Below, piece after piece: positions 8,654 through 17,174 of a stretch of 64,000 nucleotides of DNA. A program made the position numbers and the translations under genes. This DNA is from Candidatus Omnitrophota bacterium (GTDB taxonomy: Bacteria; Omnitrophota; Gorgyraeia; Gygaellales; Profunditerraquicolaceae). Numbering within the stretch: the first letter of the stretch is position 1; each line of letters opens with the position of its first letter. The stretch is taken from the NCBI GenBank assembly GCA_020058085.1, contig JAGVER010000007.1, positions 71,969-135,968 on the forward strand. The letters run 5' to 3'. The notes below the pieces were generated by a model. It ran no database searches, was not told the DNA's origin, and saw nothing but the letters and a program-made list of their open reading frames with translations.

Positions 8654-10394
8654 GATTTTAGAAAAAGAGCGCGCATTATTTGTGAGGTTTATTAAGTACG
8701 CCCTTACCTATCGTAAGAGCTGGTTAACGGTAATTATGCTTGAGGCTTTGATTTCATTGCTAGGATTGATTAATCCCTATTTGACTAAATTGGTAGTTGA
8801 TAATGCGATAGGTAACAAGAATCTGAAGGTTTTTATCATTCTCGCTTTGATTGGTGGCAGTATTTTTATCTTAAGCGGATTGCTTAGCTCTTGGTCGAGT
8901 TTCCTAGAGCGCTACATCAAACTAAAAGTTAATTTTGATCTTAATCGGGATATTTTTCGGCGCATCCAGAGTTTCTCCTTAAACTGGTTCCAGGACAAAT
9001 CTACCGGAGAGCATATGTATAAGATAAGTTACGATGTGGACCGCGTAACCGAATTCATCACGTTTATCCCCACACGGGCCGTAGCCATCTTTCCGAAATT
9101 ACTGGTTACCCTTGTAATTATCTTTTATTTCAACTGGAAGATCTCTGTTTTATCGCTATCTCTGGCGCCAATTCTTTATCTCCCGCCGTATTATTTTAGC
9201 CGTAAGATGCGTTTGGTCTGGCACGCCCTAGCCGAAAATTCGCAAGAAATATTTAAGAATCTAAACGAAGTGTTTTCTCATATTCAGCTAATCAAGTCTT
9301 TTGGCAGGGAGGCCCACGCTATACATGTCTACTTAAAGAAATTAATTGTCAATATAAAAATAAGCACAAAAAACCAGAGATTAGAGATCGTCGGAGGTTT
9401 CGCTGCTTCTTTATCTAGTAAGCTAGTTACCGGTTTGATAGTTTTTTACGGCGGTTATCAAGTGATAAAAGGGCAGATGACTCTAGGTACTCTTACGGCG
9501 ATAATGGTTTACCTGAGCCAGTTAATATCCTTACAAGGCCAGATAGCTATGTTTTTCCAGGATAGTGTTTCCGGGTTTGTTTCCTGTGAAAGAATAGCCA
9601 AGATATTGAATGAGGAGGATAGGATAAGAGAGTTACCCGGAGCTAGGAAAGCGGATTTCAAAAGCTATAGTATATCTTTTGACCAGGTTAGCTTCGGCTA
9701 CCGTAAGGATAAATATATTATAAAAGATTTAAGCTTCCAAATTGAAAGCGGAAAACATATTGCATTGGTAGGTCCTTCCGGATGTGGTAAGACGACATTG
9801 TTGAACTTAATATTACGGCTTTACGATCCCTGGCATGGGCAAATATCTATAGATGGTGTTGATCTAAAGGGGTTAGAGATTAACTCATTAAAGCAACGGA
9901 TCGGGGTTGTGCTGCAGGAACCATTTTTGTGGAATGATTCTATAAAAAATAATATCTGTTATGGTATAGAAAGTGTTTCGGGAGCGCAAGTAGATGAGGC
10001 CGCGCGCATTACAGGCGTTGATGAACTTGTGCGTAACCTGCCTTTAGGGTATGATACGGTTATCGGCGAAAATGCCTGTAAGATTTCCGAAGGCCAGAAA
10101 CAGCGTATTGCTATCGCCCGGGCTCTTATTAAGAGTCCGCGGATTCTAATCTTTGATGAGGCGTTTTCTTCACTTGATTCAGCCAGCGAAAATAAAATAT
10201 TGGCAACGATCAAAGATGTTTACAAGGATATAACCATAATTATTGTTTCACATCGGCTTTCTTCGCTCTCTAAGGCAGAAATCATATATTATCTTAAACA
10301 CCCAGAGACAATAATCATAGATAGTTTTAAAAATTTACTGCTTAATGATAATGAATTCCCTAAAGTTTTTGTCGGGCAAAACGAGGAATTTTAG
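8646..10394 (+). CDS. ABC exporter, fused transmembrane and ATPase domains (MsbA/ABCB-like)
   Basis: Hydrophobic N-terminal half, then Walker A GPSGCGKTT, signature ISEGQKQR and Walker B ILIFDEA. GTG start with AGGAGG 6 nt upstream; it overlaps the GT stop by 8 nt. No N-terminal C39 peptidase domain. Confidence 0.85.
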   Translation: MVKILEKERALFVRFIKYALTYRKSWLTVIMLEALISLLGLINPYLTKLVVDNAIGNKNLKVFIILALIGGSIFILSGLLSSWSSFLERYIKLKVNFDLNRDIFRRIQSFSLNWFQDKSTGEHMYKISYDVDRVTEFITFIPTRAVAIFPKLLVTLVIIFYFNWKISVLSLSLAPILYLPPYYFSRKMRLVWHALAENSQEIFKNLNEVFSHIQLIKSFGREAHAIHVYLKKLIVNIKISTKNQRLEIVGGFAASLSSKLVTGLIVFYGGYQVIKGQMTLGTLTAIMVYLSQLISLQGQIAMFFQDSVSGFVSCERIAKILNEEDRIRELPGARKADFKSYSISFDQVSFGYRKDKYIIKDLSFQIESGKHIALVGPSGCGKTTLLNLILRLYDPWHGQISIDGVDLKGLEINSLKQRIGVVLQEPFLWNDSIKNNICYGIESVSGAQVDEAARITGVDELVRNLPLGYDTVIGENACKISEGQKQRIAIARALIKSPRILIFDEAFSSLDSASENKILATIKDVYKDITIIIVSHRLSSLSKAEIIYYLKHPETIIIDSFKNLLLNDNEFPKVFVGQNEEF

Positions 10395-10442
10395 GTATTA
10401 TTAGACTTCGTTGGGTTAAGCATATAAAGAAGAGAGGATAAT

Positions 10443-11451
10443 TTGGCGATAAGAGAATCTAAAAGTAGACTATTGTTTATCGGTATTCTTATTGTTTTAT
10501 TGCTTTTCTTAGCGGAAGCAGTTATCTCTGTTTTTAAACCTGCGCCCATATTTCGTAAAATAAGTTTTGTAGATTCCGATTACACGTATATGTTGTCCCC
10601 AAATAGACGGTTAGTTTATGAGCCCAAGCCAAACGCAGGCAAGTTCAATAAATATGGATATAGGGGAGAAGCGCATGAACTCAAAAAAGGGACTAAAAAG
10701 CGAGTGGTTTTTTTTAGGCGATTCGGTGGTGGAAGGATTATTCTTTGAGCCCAATGAACGCTTTACCGAATTACTGGGTGAAAGATTATCGAATAAGAAC
10801 TTTGAAATTATCAATCTCGCTGTCGAGGGTTATTCATTTATACAGGAATTCGAATATTTAAAAGAAAAGGCACTCGGTTTCTCTCCAGATTATGTCATCT
10901 GGTGTTTAACCTACAATGATTTACAAGAGCCATCATCAGAAATGAGGGAAGTCAAAAAAATGTTGGATAGAATTGATAGAAATTCTTTTTATAAGGAATA
11001 CTATAAATATAAAGATGCCACCGAAGGTTTTTTATATAAGTCTCAATTGTATCGATATATAAAACTGTTCACTATGTATCTGGTCTCTAATAAAAGTAAT
11101 GTGAAGTTTGAAGATCCTTTTGTTCACTATTTGAATATTGATGAGGCGGAGCGTATCTTAAAACAACTTCCGGAGATTGCAAATAAGCAGAAATTAAAAT
11201 TCTTGTTTGTTTTGCTCCCTGTAAATATAAGTGACCAAGATAATGATTTACTAAAATTCGAGAAGTTGTTTATAAAAAATAATATTACTTACGTTGACCT
11301 TAATAAATATATTGCAGTTCGAGATGAGGAAAAGAAGTCTCTTTTTATTGATCATGACTTATGCCACTTTAGTAAAAAAGGGCACGAAGTCGTCGCTAAT
11401 GCATTCTTCCAGCTTATAGAGAATGATCAAGAAACTGTTTTTATGAAATAA
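10443..11451 (+). pseudogene. membrane-anchored SGNH/GDSL hydrolase interrupted by a +1 frameshift in a T8 tract (10708-10715)
   Basis: ORF 10443-10748 encodes a TM anchor plus NKYGYRGEAHELKKGTKKRVVFF. ORF 10618-11451 continues in the +1 frame with FLGDSVVEG (SGNH block I) and DHDLCHFSKKGH (block V). Removing one T gives the contiguous RVVFLGDSVVEG. Alternative: an independent start at ATG 10675 with GGGGAG 6 nt upstream. Confidence 0.55.
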
Positions 11452-11617
11452 TTAAAATATCTTTTATATTAATTGTGATTGTTGGTTAGTAAGATAAAAA
11501 GCCGAAAACTCATCGGCAAATCCTATGGATTATCATCCTAATGAAATAACTCATAGAAGAACCGGTGAAGAATCATATAATTTTTTTAGTGAGGAGTAAG
11601 CTATTATCGATATAAAG

Positions 11618-12805
11618 ATGTTAGATAGAAGAAGGCTAAATGTTGGTAAAGAATTGCAACCATGCTTCTATATCGCCACCTTCGGTTGCCAGATGAATAT
11701 GCGGGATTCGGAGGTGCTCTCTGGGCTTTTGAATCGAGCAGGCTTTACTTTAACCAACAAACCGGAAAAAGCGGATATTATTATTTTTAATACTTGTTCT
11801 GTGCGGCAGCATGCCGAGGATAGGGTTTTTTCGTTGATAGGTGAATATAAAAAAAGGCAAAAAAAGAAGATGCCGGGGACGGTTCCTATTATCGGTCTGA
11901 TTGGCTGTATGGCTAAGAATTATCAGGATAAGATATTTAATAAGGCGCCTGATGTTGATTTTGTAGTTGGCCCAAGTGATATTGCCAAAATTCCGGAGAT
12001 TATCGAAAGATTATTAGCTTCTAAGAAAAAGGAGCCCTCTCTTTTTCAATTAAAAATTTGGGAGACGGACGGTGAGGCGCGGCCGGAAGAAATTTATCAT
12101 ACTGGTTTTTATGAAGATAAAAAACATGCATATCTGGTTATATCTGAAGGTTGTTCTAATTTTTGTTCTTATTGCGTCGTTCCCTATGTGCGTGGTCCCT
12201 TACGCCATCGTCATTATAAGGATATTTTAGCAGAGATAGAAGAGGCTATTGATAAAGGCGTAAGCGAAATTACGCTTTTAGGCCAGAATGTGAATGCATA
12301 TCAATATGAAGGCGTTAATTTTGTCGGGCTTGTTGAGCTCGTTAATTCTGTTAAGGGGTTAAAGGAGTTTGGTTTCATGACCTCGCATCCTAAAGATGCA
12401 TCTTCTGATTTATTTAAAGCGATCTCCGGCCTCGATAAACTTAAGAAATCGCTGCATCTTCCTATCCAATCAGGTTCGGATAGGATACTTAAGCTAATGA
12501 ACCGCGGCTATTCCAAAAGATTCTATTTGGATTTAGTCGATAATTATCGTAAGATTGTAGGGGGCGGTACTCTTACTACTGATATAATTATAGGTTTCCC
12601 CAGTGAAAGTGAAGCTGATTTTAAGGAGACTTACAATTTAGTGAAAGACGTTGGTTTTAATTCCGCCTACATATTTAAGTATTCCTTAAGGCCGCATACT
12701 GAAGCTGTTAAGATGCCGGATGATGTTACGAAGAAAGAAAAAGAGGGAAGGCACGCATTAATACTTGAATTGCAGAGGAGTATATCAGAAAGGAAAAGAT
12801 GCTAA
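11618..12805 (+). CDS. miaB: tRNA methylthiotransferase MiaB-like, lacking a C-terminal TRAM domain
   Basis: CFYIATFGCQMNMRDSE (N-terminal MTTase domain) and SEGCSNFCSYCVVP (radical SAM motif). At 395 aa the protein ends just after the radical SAM core. Confidence 0.8.
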   Translation: MLDRRRLNVGKELQPCFYIATFGCQMNMRDSEVLSGLLNRAGFTLTNKPEKADIIIFNTCSVRQHAEDRVFSLIGEYKKRQKKKMPGTVPIIGLIGCMAKNYQDKIFNKAPDVDFVVGPSDIAKIPEIIERLLASKKKEPSLFQLKIWETDGEARPEEIYHTGFYEDKKHAYLVISEGCSNFCSYCVVPYVRGPLRHRHYKDILAEIEEAIDKGVSEITLLGQNVNAYQYEGVNFVGLVELVNSVKGLKEFGFMTSHPKDASSDLFKAISGLDKLKKSLHLPIQSGSDRILKLMNRGYSKRFYLDLVDNYRKIVGGGTLTTDIIIGFPSESEADFKETYNLVKDVGFNSAYIFKYSLRPHTEAVKMPDDVTKKEKEGRHALILELQRSISERKRC

Positions 12806-13491
12806 TCCCCAAGCCTAAGGTGTTTGGTTATTGTTTATTGGTCATTACTTTATCTCTAGTCTTTGGAGTTTTTAACGGTCTTTATGCGCTAAATATTGAA
12901 AAAGTTAAAGTTTATTTTCTAAGCGGAGATTATAGGGCAGCTATAAGCGAAGGCGAAAGACTTATTGCTAAAGATGAATATTCGTCAGAACTTCACTATT
13001 TTTTAGGGTTAAGTTATTTAAAAGAAAAGGATTATCAGAGATCCGCGGATCACTTTAAGATTGTTGTTAATAATTTTAAAGATGGCAAATTTAAAGAAGG
13101 AGCTAGGATTGGCTTAGCAGATACTTATTTATTAAGGGAAGATTTTAGTAACGCTCAGAGGCTTTATATAGAGATAATTGAAGAAAATCCTAAGACAAAA
13201 TTTAAAGAGCAAATTAATTCTCGTTTGGCAGAGATAGGGTCCAAAAAAGACAATGACCTGCAATGTGATCTGGCAGTTTCTTATTATTCTGTCCAGGTAG
13301 GTTCTTTTTCCAGTGTCAATAATGCCAAGAATTTTACCCGAAAACTTATAAATAATGGTTATCCCGCTTATATGGATGGGGATCAGTCGGCCTACCGGGT
13401 GAAAGTGGGTAAATTAAAGACGCGTAGTCAAGCAGAGGAATTAAGTAAAAAGCTCTCTAGCCAAGGTTATCCCACTAAGATCTGTCCCTAA
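12799..13491 (+). CDS. TPR-repeat / SPOR-domain envelope protein
   Basis: N-terminal hydrophobic anchor, TPR-like YFLGLSYLKEKDYQRSADHF, and C-terminal SPOR-like YYSVQVGSFSSVNNAKNF...YRVKVGKLKTRSQAEEL. Confidence 0.65.
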   Translation: MLIPKPKVFGYCLLVITLSLVFGVFNGLYALNIEKVKVYFLSGDYRAAISEGERLIAKDEYSSELHYFLGLSYLKEKDYQRSADHFKIVVNNFKDGKFKEGARIGLADTYLLREDFSNAQRLYIEIIEENPKTKFKEQINSRLAEIGSKKDNDLQCDLAVSYYSVQVGSFSSVNNAKNFTRKLINNGYPAYMDGDQSAYRVKVGKLKTRSQAEELSKKLSSQGYPTKICP

Positions 13492-14414
13492 TGTTAGAAA
13501 AAATAATATTTATAGTTGGGCCTACTGCAATAGGCAAATCTGAAACAGCTGTTTATCTCGCCAAAAGAATTGGCGCCGAGATTATCTCTTCTGATTCTAT
13601 GCAAGTCTATAGGGGCATGGATATAATCACCTCTAAGCCTAAGCCTGCTTTGAGAAAAAAGATAAAGCATTATTTAATCAGCACAGTCCCTTTAAGCAAA
13701 GATTATGACGTTTCCACTTATCGTAAAAACGCGCTTAAGAAGGTAAAAGAAATTATCTCGCGGGGTAAAATCCCTATTTTCGTGGGAGGGACCGGGTTAT
13801 ATATCACTATTTTAGTTGATGGGATATTCGATGAAGATGTTAAGGATAAACTTATACGAAATAAGCTTTATGAGTTAGCTAAGAATAGAGGTAATCTTTA
13901 TTTACATAATCAGTTAAAGAGGGTTGATCCTGAAGCAGCGGTTAAGATCCATCCTAATGATACTAAGAGAATCATTCGTGCCTTGGAAGTTTTTAGAGTT
14001 ACAGGGAAACCAATCTCAATCCTGCAGAAAAAGAGGCGCGGCTTAAGAGATGAATATGATGTTAAAATTTTTTGCCTAAATCTGGCTAGGGATAAGCTTT
14101 ATAAAAAAATAGATCAGCGTGTTGAGATGATGTTTAAAGAGGGATTAATAAAAGAAGTGAAAGGGCTTCTTAAGAAAGAGTTGAGCAGGACAGCGTCTTT
14201 TGCTATCGGGATAAGAGAGGCTAGGGGTTATTTAGGGGGCGATTATGGATTAGAAGAAGCAAAGAATATGATTAAGTTAAATACCCGTCGTTACGCTAAG
14301 AGGCAGTTGACTTGGTTTAGAAAAGACAAGAAGATAAAATGGGTTAATCTTGAAGATAATGAAGCGTCAAGGGAAGTTGCGAAACGTATCTATAAATCTT
14401 TAGTTAAAAAATAA
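13491..14414 (+). CDS. miaA: tRNA dimethylallyltransferase
   Basis: IVGPTAIGKSETA P-loop, DSMQVYRGMDI and VGGTGLY. Confidence 0.9.
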   Translation: MLEKIIFIVGPTAIGKSETAVYLAKRIGAEIISSDSMQVYRGMDIITSKPKPALRKKIKHYLISTVPLSKDYDVSTYRKNALKKVKEIISRGKIPIFVGGTGLYITILVDGIFDEDVKDKLIRNKLYELAKNRGNLYLHNQLKRVDPEAAVKIHPNDTKRIIRALEVFRVTGKPISILQKKRRGLRDEYDVKIFCLNLARDKLYKKIDQRVEMMFKEGLIKEVKGLLKKELSRTASFAIGIREARGYLGGDYGLEEAKNMIKLNTRRYAKRQLTWFRKDKKIKWVNLEDNEASREVAKRIYKSLVKK

Positions 14415-14420
14415 AACATT

Positions 14421-14537
14421 TCCCGCTTCAAATGCTATGCCAAAATTCTCTACGATAATTTTGGCATATTCGGCGGGATAAATTCGCGCATCAACTTACT
14501 CACACTATCTGTTCGTAAGTTAAGCGCTCATTTAATG
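14421..14537 (+). promoter_or_regulatory. structured 5' leader, copy 1 of a repeat shared with infA
   Basis: About 115 nt are alignable to 62563-62677 and end at the start codon (GCTCATTTAATG). Three helices are conserved, with compensatory differences between the two copies. Confidence 0.45.
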
Positions 14538-15794
14538 GAAAGAGCTCTCTTAGTTACTATAGAATTAAAACAGGATAAGGAAGAATTAAATATTGAAGAT
14601 AACGAGTCTGAATTAAGAGAGTTAGTCCTTGCCTGCGGAGTAGAGGCAGTGGATAATGTCAATTGTTTTTGCGATAAGCCAACTCCTAATTTCCTGATTG
14701 GTAAAGGCAAGGTTGAGGAATTAGGAGCGTTGGCGCAAGAATTGGGAGTTGATACAATAATCTTTAGCCAAAATTTATCCGGGACGCAACAGAGAAACCT
14801 TGAAGAAGAGTGGGGCAAAAAAACTGTTGACCGCACCCAGCTTATACTTGATATATTTGCCCGCCGCGCCAAAAGCCCAGAGGGGAAAATGCAGGTAGAG
14901 TTAGCGCAGCTCGAATATCTTATGCCTCGATTAGTCGGCAAGGGGATAATTCTTTCACGCCAAGGTGGAGGGGTTGGCACAAGCGGCCCGGGTGAAAAGA
15001 AACTTGAGATTGACCGCAGAAGAATTAAGGAGAGAATAGGAAAGCTTAAGAATGATTTAAAGGGCGTAGTTGCTCACCGTTCTTTAATGCGCAAGAAGAG
15101 AAAAGATAGGGCTATTCCATTGATTGCTCTTGTGGGGTATACTAGTGCCGGTAAATCTACTCTTTTAAACGCGCTTACTCAAGCCGGGCAGGTAGTTTCC
15201 GAGAATCTTTTTACTACATTAGATCCTTTAGTTAGAAATTTTAAGCTTCCAAACGGAGAAGAGATCGTTCTTTCTGATACTGTAGGTTTTCTGCGTAATC
15301 TGCCGCATAATCTGATAGAAGCATTTAAAGCTACATTGGAAGAAGTAACAAATGCGGATTTGTTGATTCATGTATTAGATGCTGCTTCTGCTAAGGTATA
15401 TGACCGGCATAAGGCTGTAATGGATGTGCTTAAGGAATTGGATGCGGATAATAAGCCGATGATTACCGCGTTAAATAAAATTGATCTTTTACATGACGGA
15501 GTCTGGCTAGAAGCAATATCTAAGGATTTTGTCAATCCTGTCAAAATTTCTGCTAAGTTAAGTAGTAATTTAGATATTTTACTGAACGAAATACAGGCAA
15601 ATTTTCCTGATAGGATGGTAGATTTAGATACGCTTATTCCGCATAAGCGTATGGATTTAGTAGATTTGTTCTATAAGAATGGTAAGGTAGCGAAAATAAA
15701 ATATCTCCAGAAGGGAATAAAGGTCAAAGTTAGTATAGATAAGATATTGTATCAGAAATTATTACACGATAAAGACCTGCCGGAAAGCTGTTAG
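14535..15794 (+). CDS. hflX: GTPase HflX
   Basis: HflX N-domain [25 protein letters not shown]1 [13 protein letters not shown]3 DTVGF, G4 NKID. Confidence 0.9.
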   Translation: MERALLVTIELKQDKEELNIEDNESELRELVLACGVEAVDNVNCFCDKPTPNFLIGKGKVEELGALAQELGVDTIIFSQNLSGTQQRNLEEEWGKKTVDRTQLILDIFARRAKSPEGKMQVELAQLEYLMPRLVGKGIILSRQGGGVGTSGPGEKKLEIDRRRIKERIGKLKNDLKGVVAHRSLMRKKRKDRAIPLIALVGYTSAGKSTLLNALTQAGQVVSENLFTTLDPLVRNFKLPNGEEIVLSDTVGFLRNLPHNLIEAFKATLEEVTNADLLIHVLDAASAKVYDRHKAVMDVLKELDADNKPMITALNKIDLLHDGVWLEAISKDFVNPVKISAKLSSNLDILLNEIQANFPDRMVDLDTLIPHKRMDLVDLFYKNGKVAKIKYLQKGIKVKVSIDKILYQKLLHDKDLPESC

Positions 15795-15817
15795 CACTCT
15801 TAAGGCTAAAGTGCTAA
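15791..15817 (+). promoter_or_regulatory. CIRCE operator (HrcA binding site)
   Basis: TTAGCACTC-TTAAGGCTA-AAGTGCTAA versus the consensus TTAGCACTC-N9-GAGTGCTAA (one mismatch). It overlaps the hflX stop codon and lies upstream of hrcA. Confidence 0.8.
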
Positions 15818-15897
15818 AATAAATCTTTACAAGAAAATAAAATATGTTAAAATTAGACTTTAGAATTTAAGATGGTAGGTACTAGGAAGGTTAAGTC

Positions 15898-16641
15898 ATG
15901 GTAAAGAATGTTGATTATGAATCTAGGAGAAGGGCAGTTTTAAGCGCTACTATTAATAAACATATAAGTAAGGCAGGCCCTGTTGCTTCAGAAGACATCG
16001 CGAATAATTTTGATTTAAGCCCGGCTACTATCCGTAATATTTTTTCTGAATTGGAAGATTCAGGGTATTTAACCCATCCTTATACTTCTGGCGGCAGGAT
16101 TCCTACAGATAAGGGCTATCGTTACTATGTAGATTTTCTTAATGCCCAGATAGAACTATTAGATGGAGAGAAGAAAAAGATCCTTCGAGAATATAAAAAA
16201 GGTATACGTAAGCTTGAGGATGCGCTTGAGGAGACTTCCGAATTAATATCTCAGACTACGCATTATGCAGGGATAGTTTCTTTTCTGGAGTGGCAGGACA
16301 AGTTATTCTATAAGGGTTTAGGCCGGATATTGGAGCATCCGGAATTTAAGGATTCCCAAAAGATAAGGATTCTGGTACACGCCCTCGAAGAGAAAGGGCA
16401 TCTTCTGGAAGTTATTAACCGCGATTTTAATGATAAGGTTAAAGTTTACATAGGCCATGAATTAGGGCATCCGGAGATGGAGAATTGTTCTCTGGTTGTT
16501 TCCAGCTATCGCAGGAAAAATAAGCCCCAAGGAAAACTCGCGGTTTTAGGGCCGGTACGCATGGAATACGAGCATATCATTCCAGCGCTGGCATATATAT
16601 CAGATGTTTTAAGTGATTTTATGGAGAGTATCGAAGAATGA
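15898..16641 (+). CDS. hrcA: heat-inducible transcription repressor HrcA (short, 247 aa)
   Basis: N-terminal winged helix VASEDIANNFDLSPATIRNIFSELEDSGYLTHPYTSGGRIPTDKGYRYYVD. It heads the grpE-dnaK-dnaJ set. Confidence 0.85.
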   Translation: MVKNVDYESRRRAVLSATINKHISKAGPVASEDIANNFDLSPATIRNIFSELEDSGYLTHPYTSGGRIPTDKGYRYYVDFLNAQIELLDGEKKKILREYKKGIRKLEDALEETSELISQTTHYAGIVSFLEWQDKLFYKGLGRILEHPEFKDSQKIRILVHALEEKGHLLEVINRDFNDKVKVYIGHELGHPEMENCSLVVSSYRRKNKPQGKLAVLGPVRMEYEHIIPALAYISDVLSDFMESIEE

Positions 16642-17174
16642 GCCAGGATAAAGAAAACGGTAAAAATGAAGAAAAGGAAGTGGTTCTGAAAGAATCCGAA
16701 TATTTAAAACTTAAGGAAGATGCTGATAAAGCAGCCGAGTTTGCGGATAAGATATTGCGGCTTCAGGCGGATTTTGAGAATACACGTAAACGCATAGAGC
16801 GGGAAAAGCAGGATTTTGTAAAGTTTGCTAATGAGGGAATAATTTTAGAATTATTAAATATTTTAGATGATTTAGAACGCACGGTAAATTTAGCCGAAAC
16901 GCACAAAGAGAACCCGGAAGTTTTCTTAAAAGGCGTCGAGATGATCTTAGCGCATCTTTACGAGATGCTTAAAGAATATGGTGTAAAGCCTATTGAGGCA
17001 ACGGGAAAGATATTTGACCCGCATTGTCATGAGGCGTTAATGCAGATAGCAAATAAAGATCTGCCGGAACACACGATAGTGGAGGAATTACAAAAAGGAT
17101 ATAAATTGAATGATCGCGTTATTCGTACCGCGAAAGTAAAAGTTTCTAAAAAAGTGGAGGAGAAAAATGGCTAA
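16638..17174 (+). CDS. grpE: nucleotide exchange factor GrpE
   Basis: [16 protein letters not shown] and the C-terminal [17 protein letters not shown]. Confidence 0.9.
   Translation: MSQDKENGKNEEKEVVLKESEYLKLKEDADKAAEFADKILRLQADFENTRKRIEREKQDFVKFANEGIILELLNILDDLERTVNLAETHKENPEVFLKGVEMILAHLYEMLKEYGVKPIEATGKIFDPHCHEALMQIANKDLPEHTIVEELQKGYKLNDRVIRTAKVKVSKKVEEKNG

Noticed and set aside
10443-11451. Treating 10443-10748 and 10618-11451 as two independent overlapping genes.
   Set aside because: The 3' end of the first ORF and the +1 frame join at a T8 run to give a textbook RVVFLGDSVVEG block. The alternative of an internal start at 10675 is kept as a caveat rather than fully excluded.
14528-14980. 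A 150-aa antisense ORF opposite hflX. Similar antisense ORFs are 21587-22069, 26947-27450, 37178-37699, 37648-38256, 40666-41226 and 49953-50417, plus the many 60-100-aa minus-strand ORFs.
   Set aside because: Each lies entirely opposite a strongly conserved + strand gene. They have Ser/Pro/Ile-rich low-complexity translations and lack an RBS, so they are typical shadow ORFs.
15826-15853. TTTACA-16-TAAAAT as the hrcA promoter.
   Set aside because: The hexamers are plausible, but the CIRCE operator would then lie upstream of the promoter instead of overlapping or following it. It is left unreported as a feature for lack of support.
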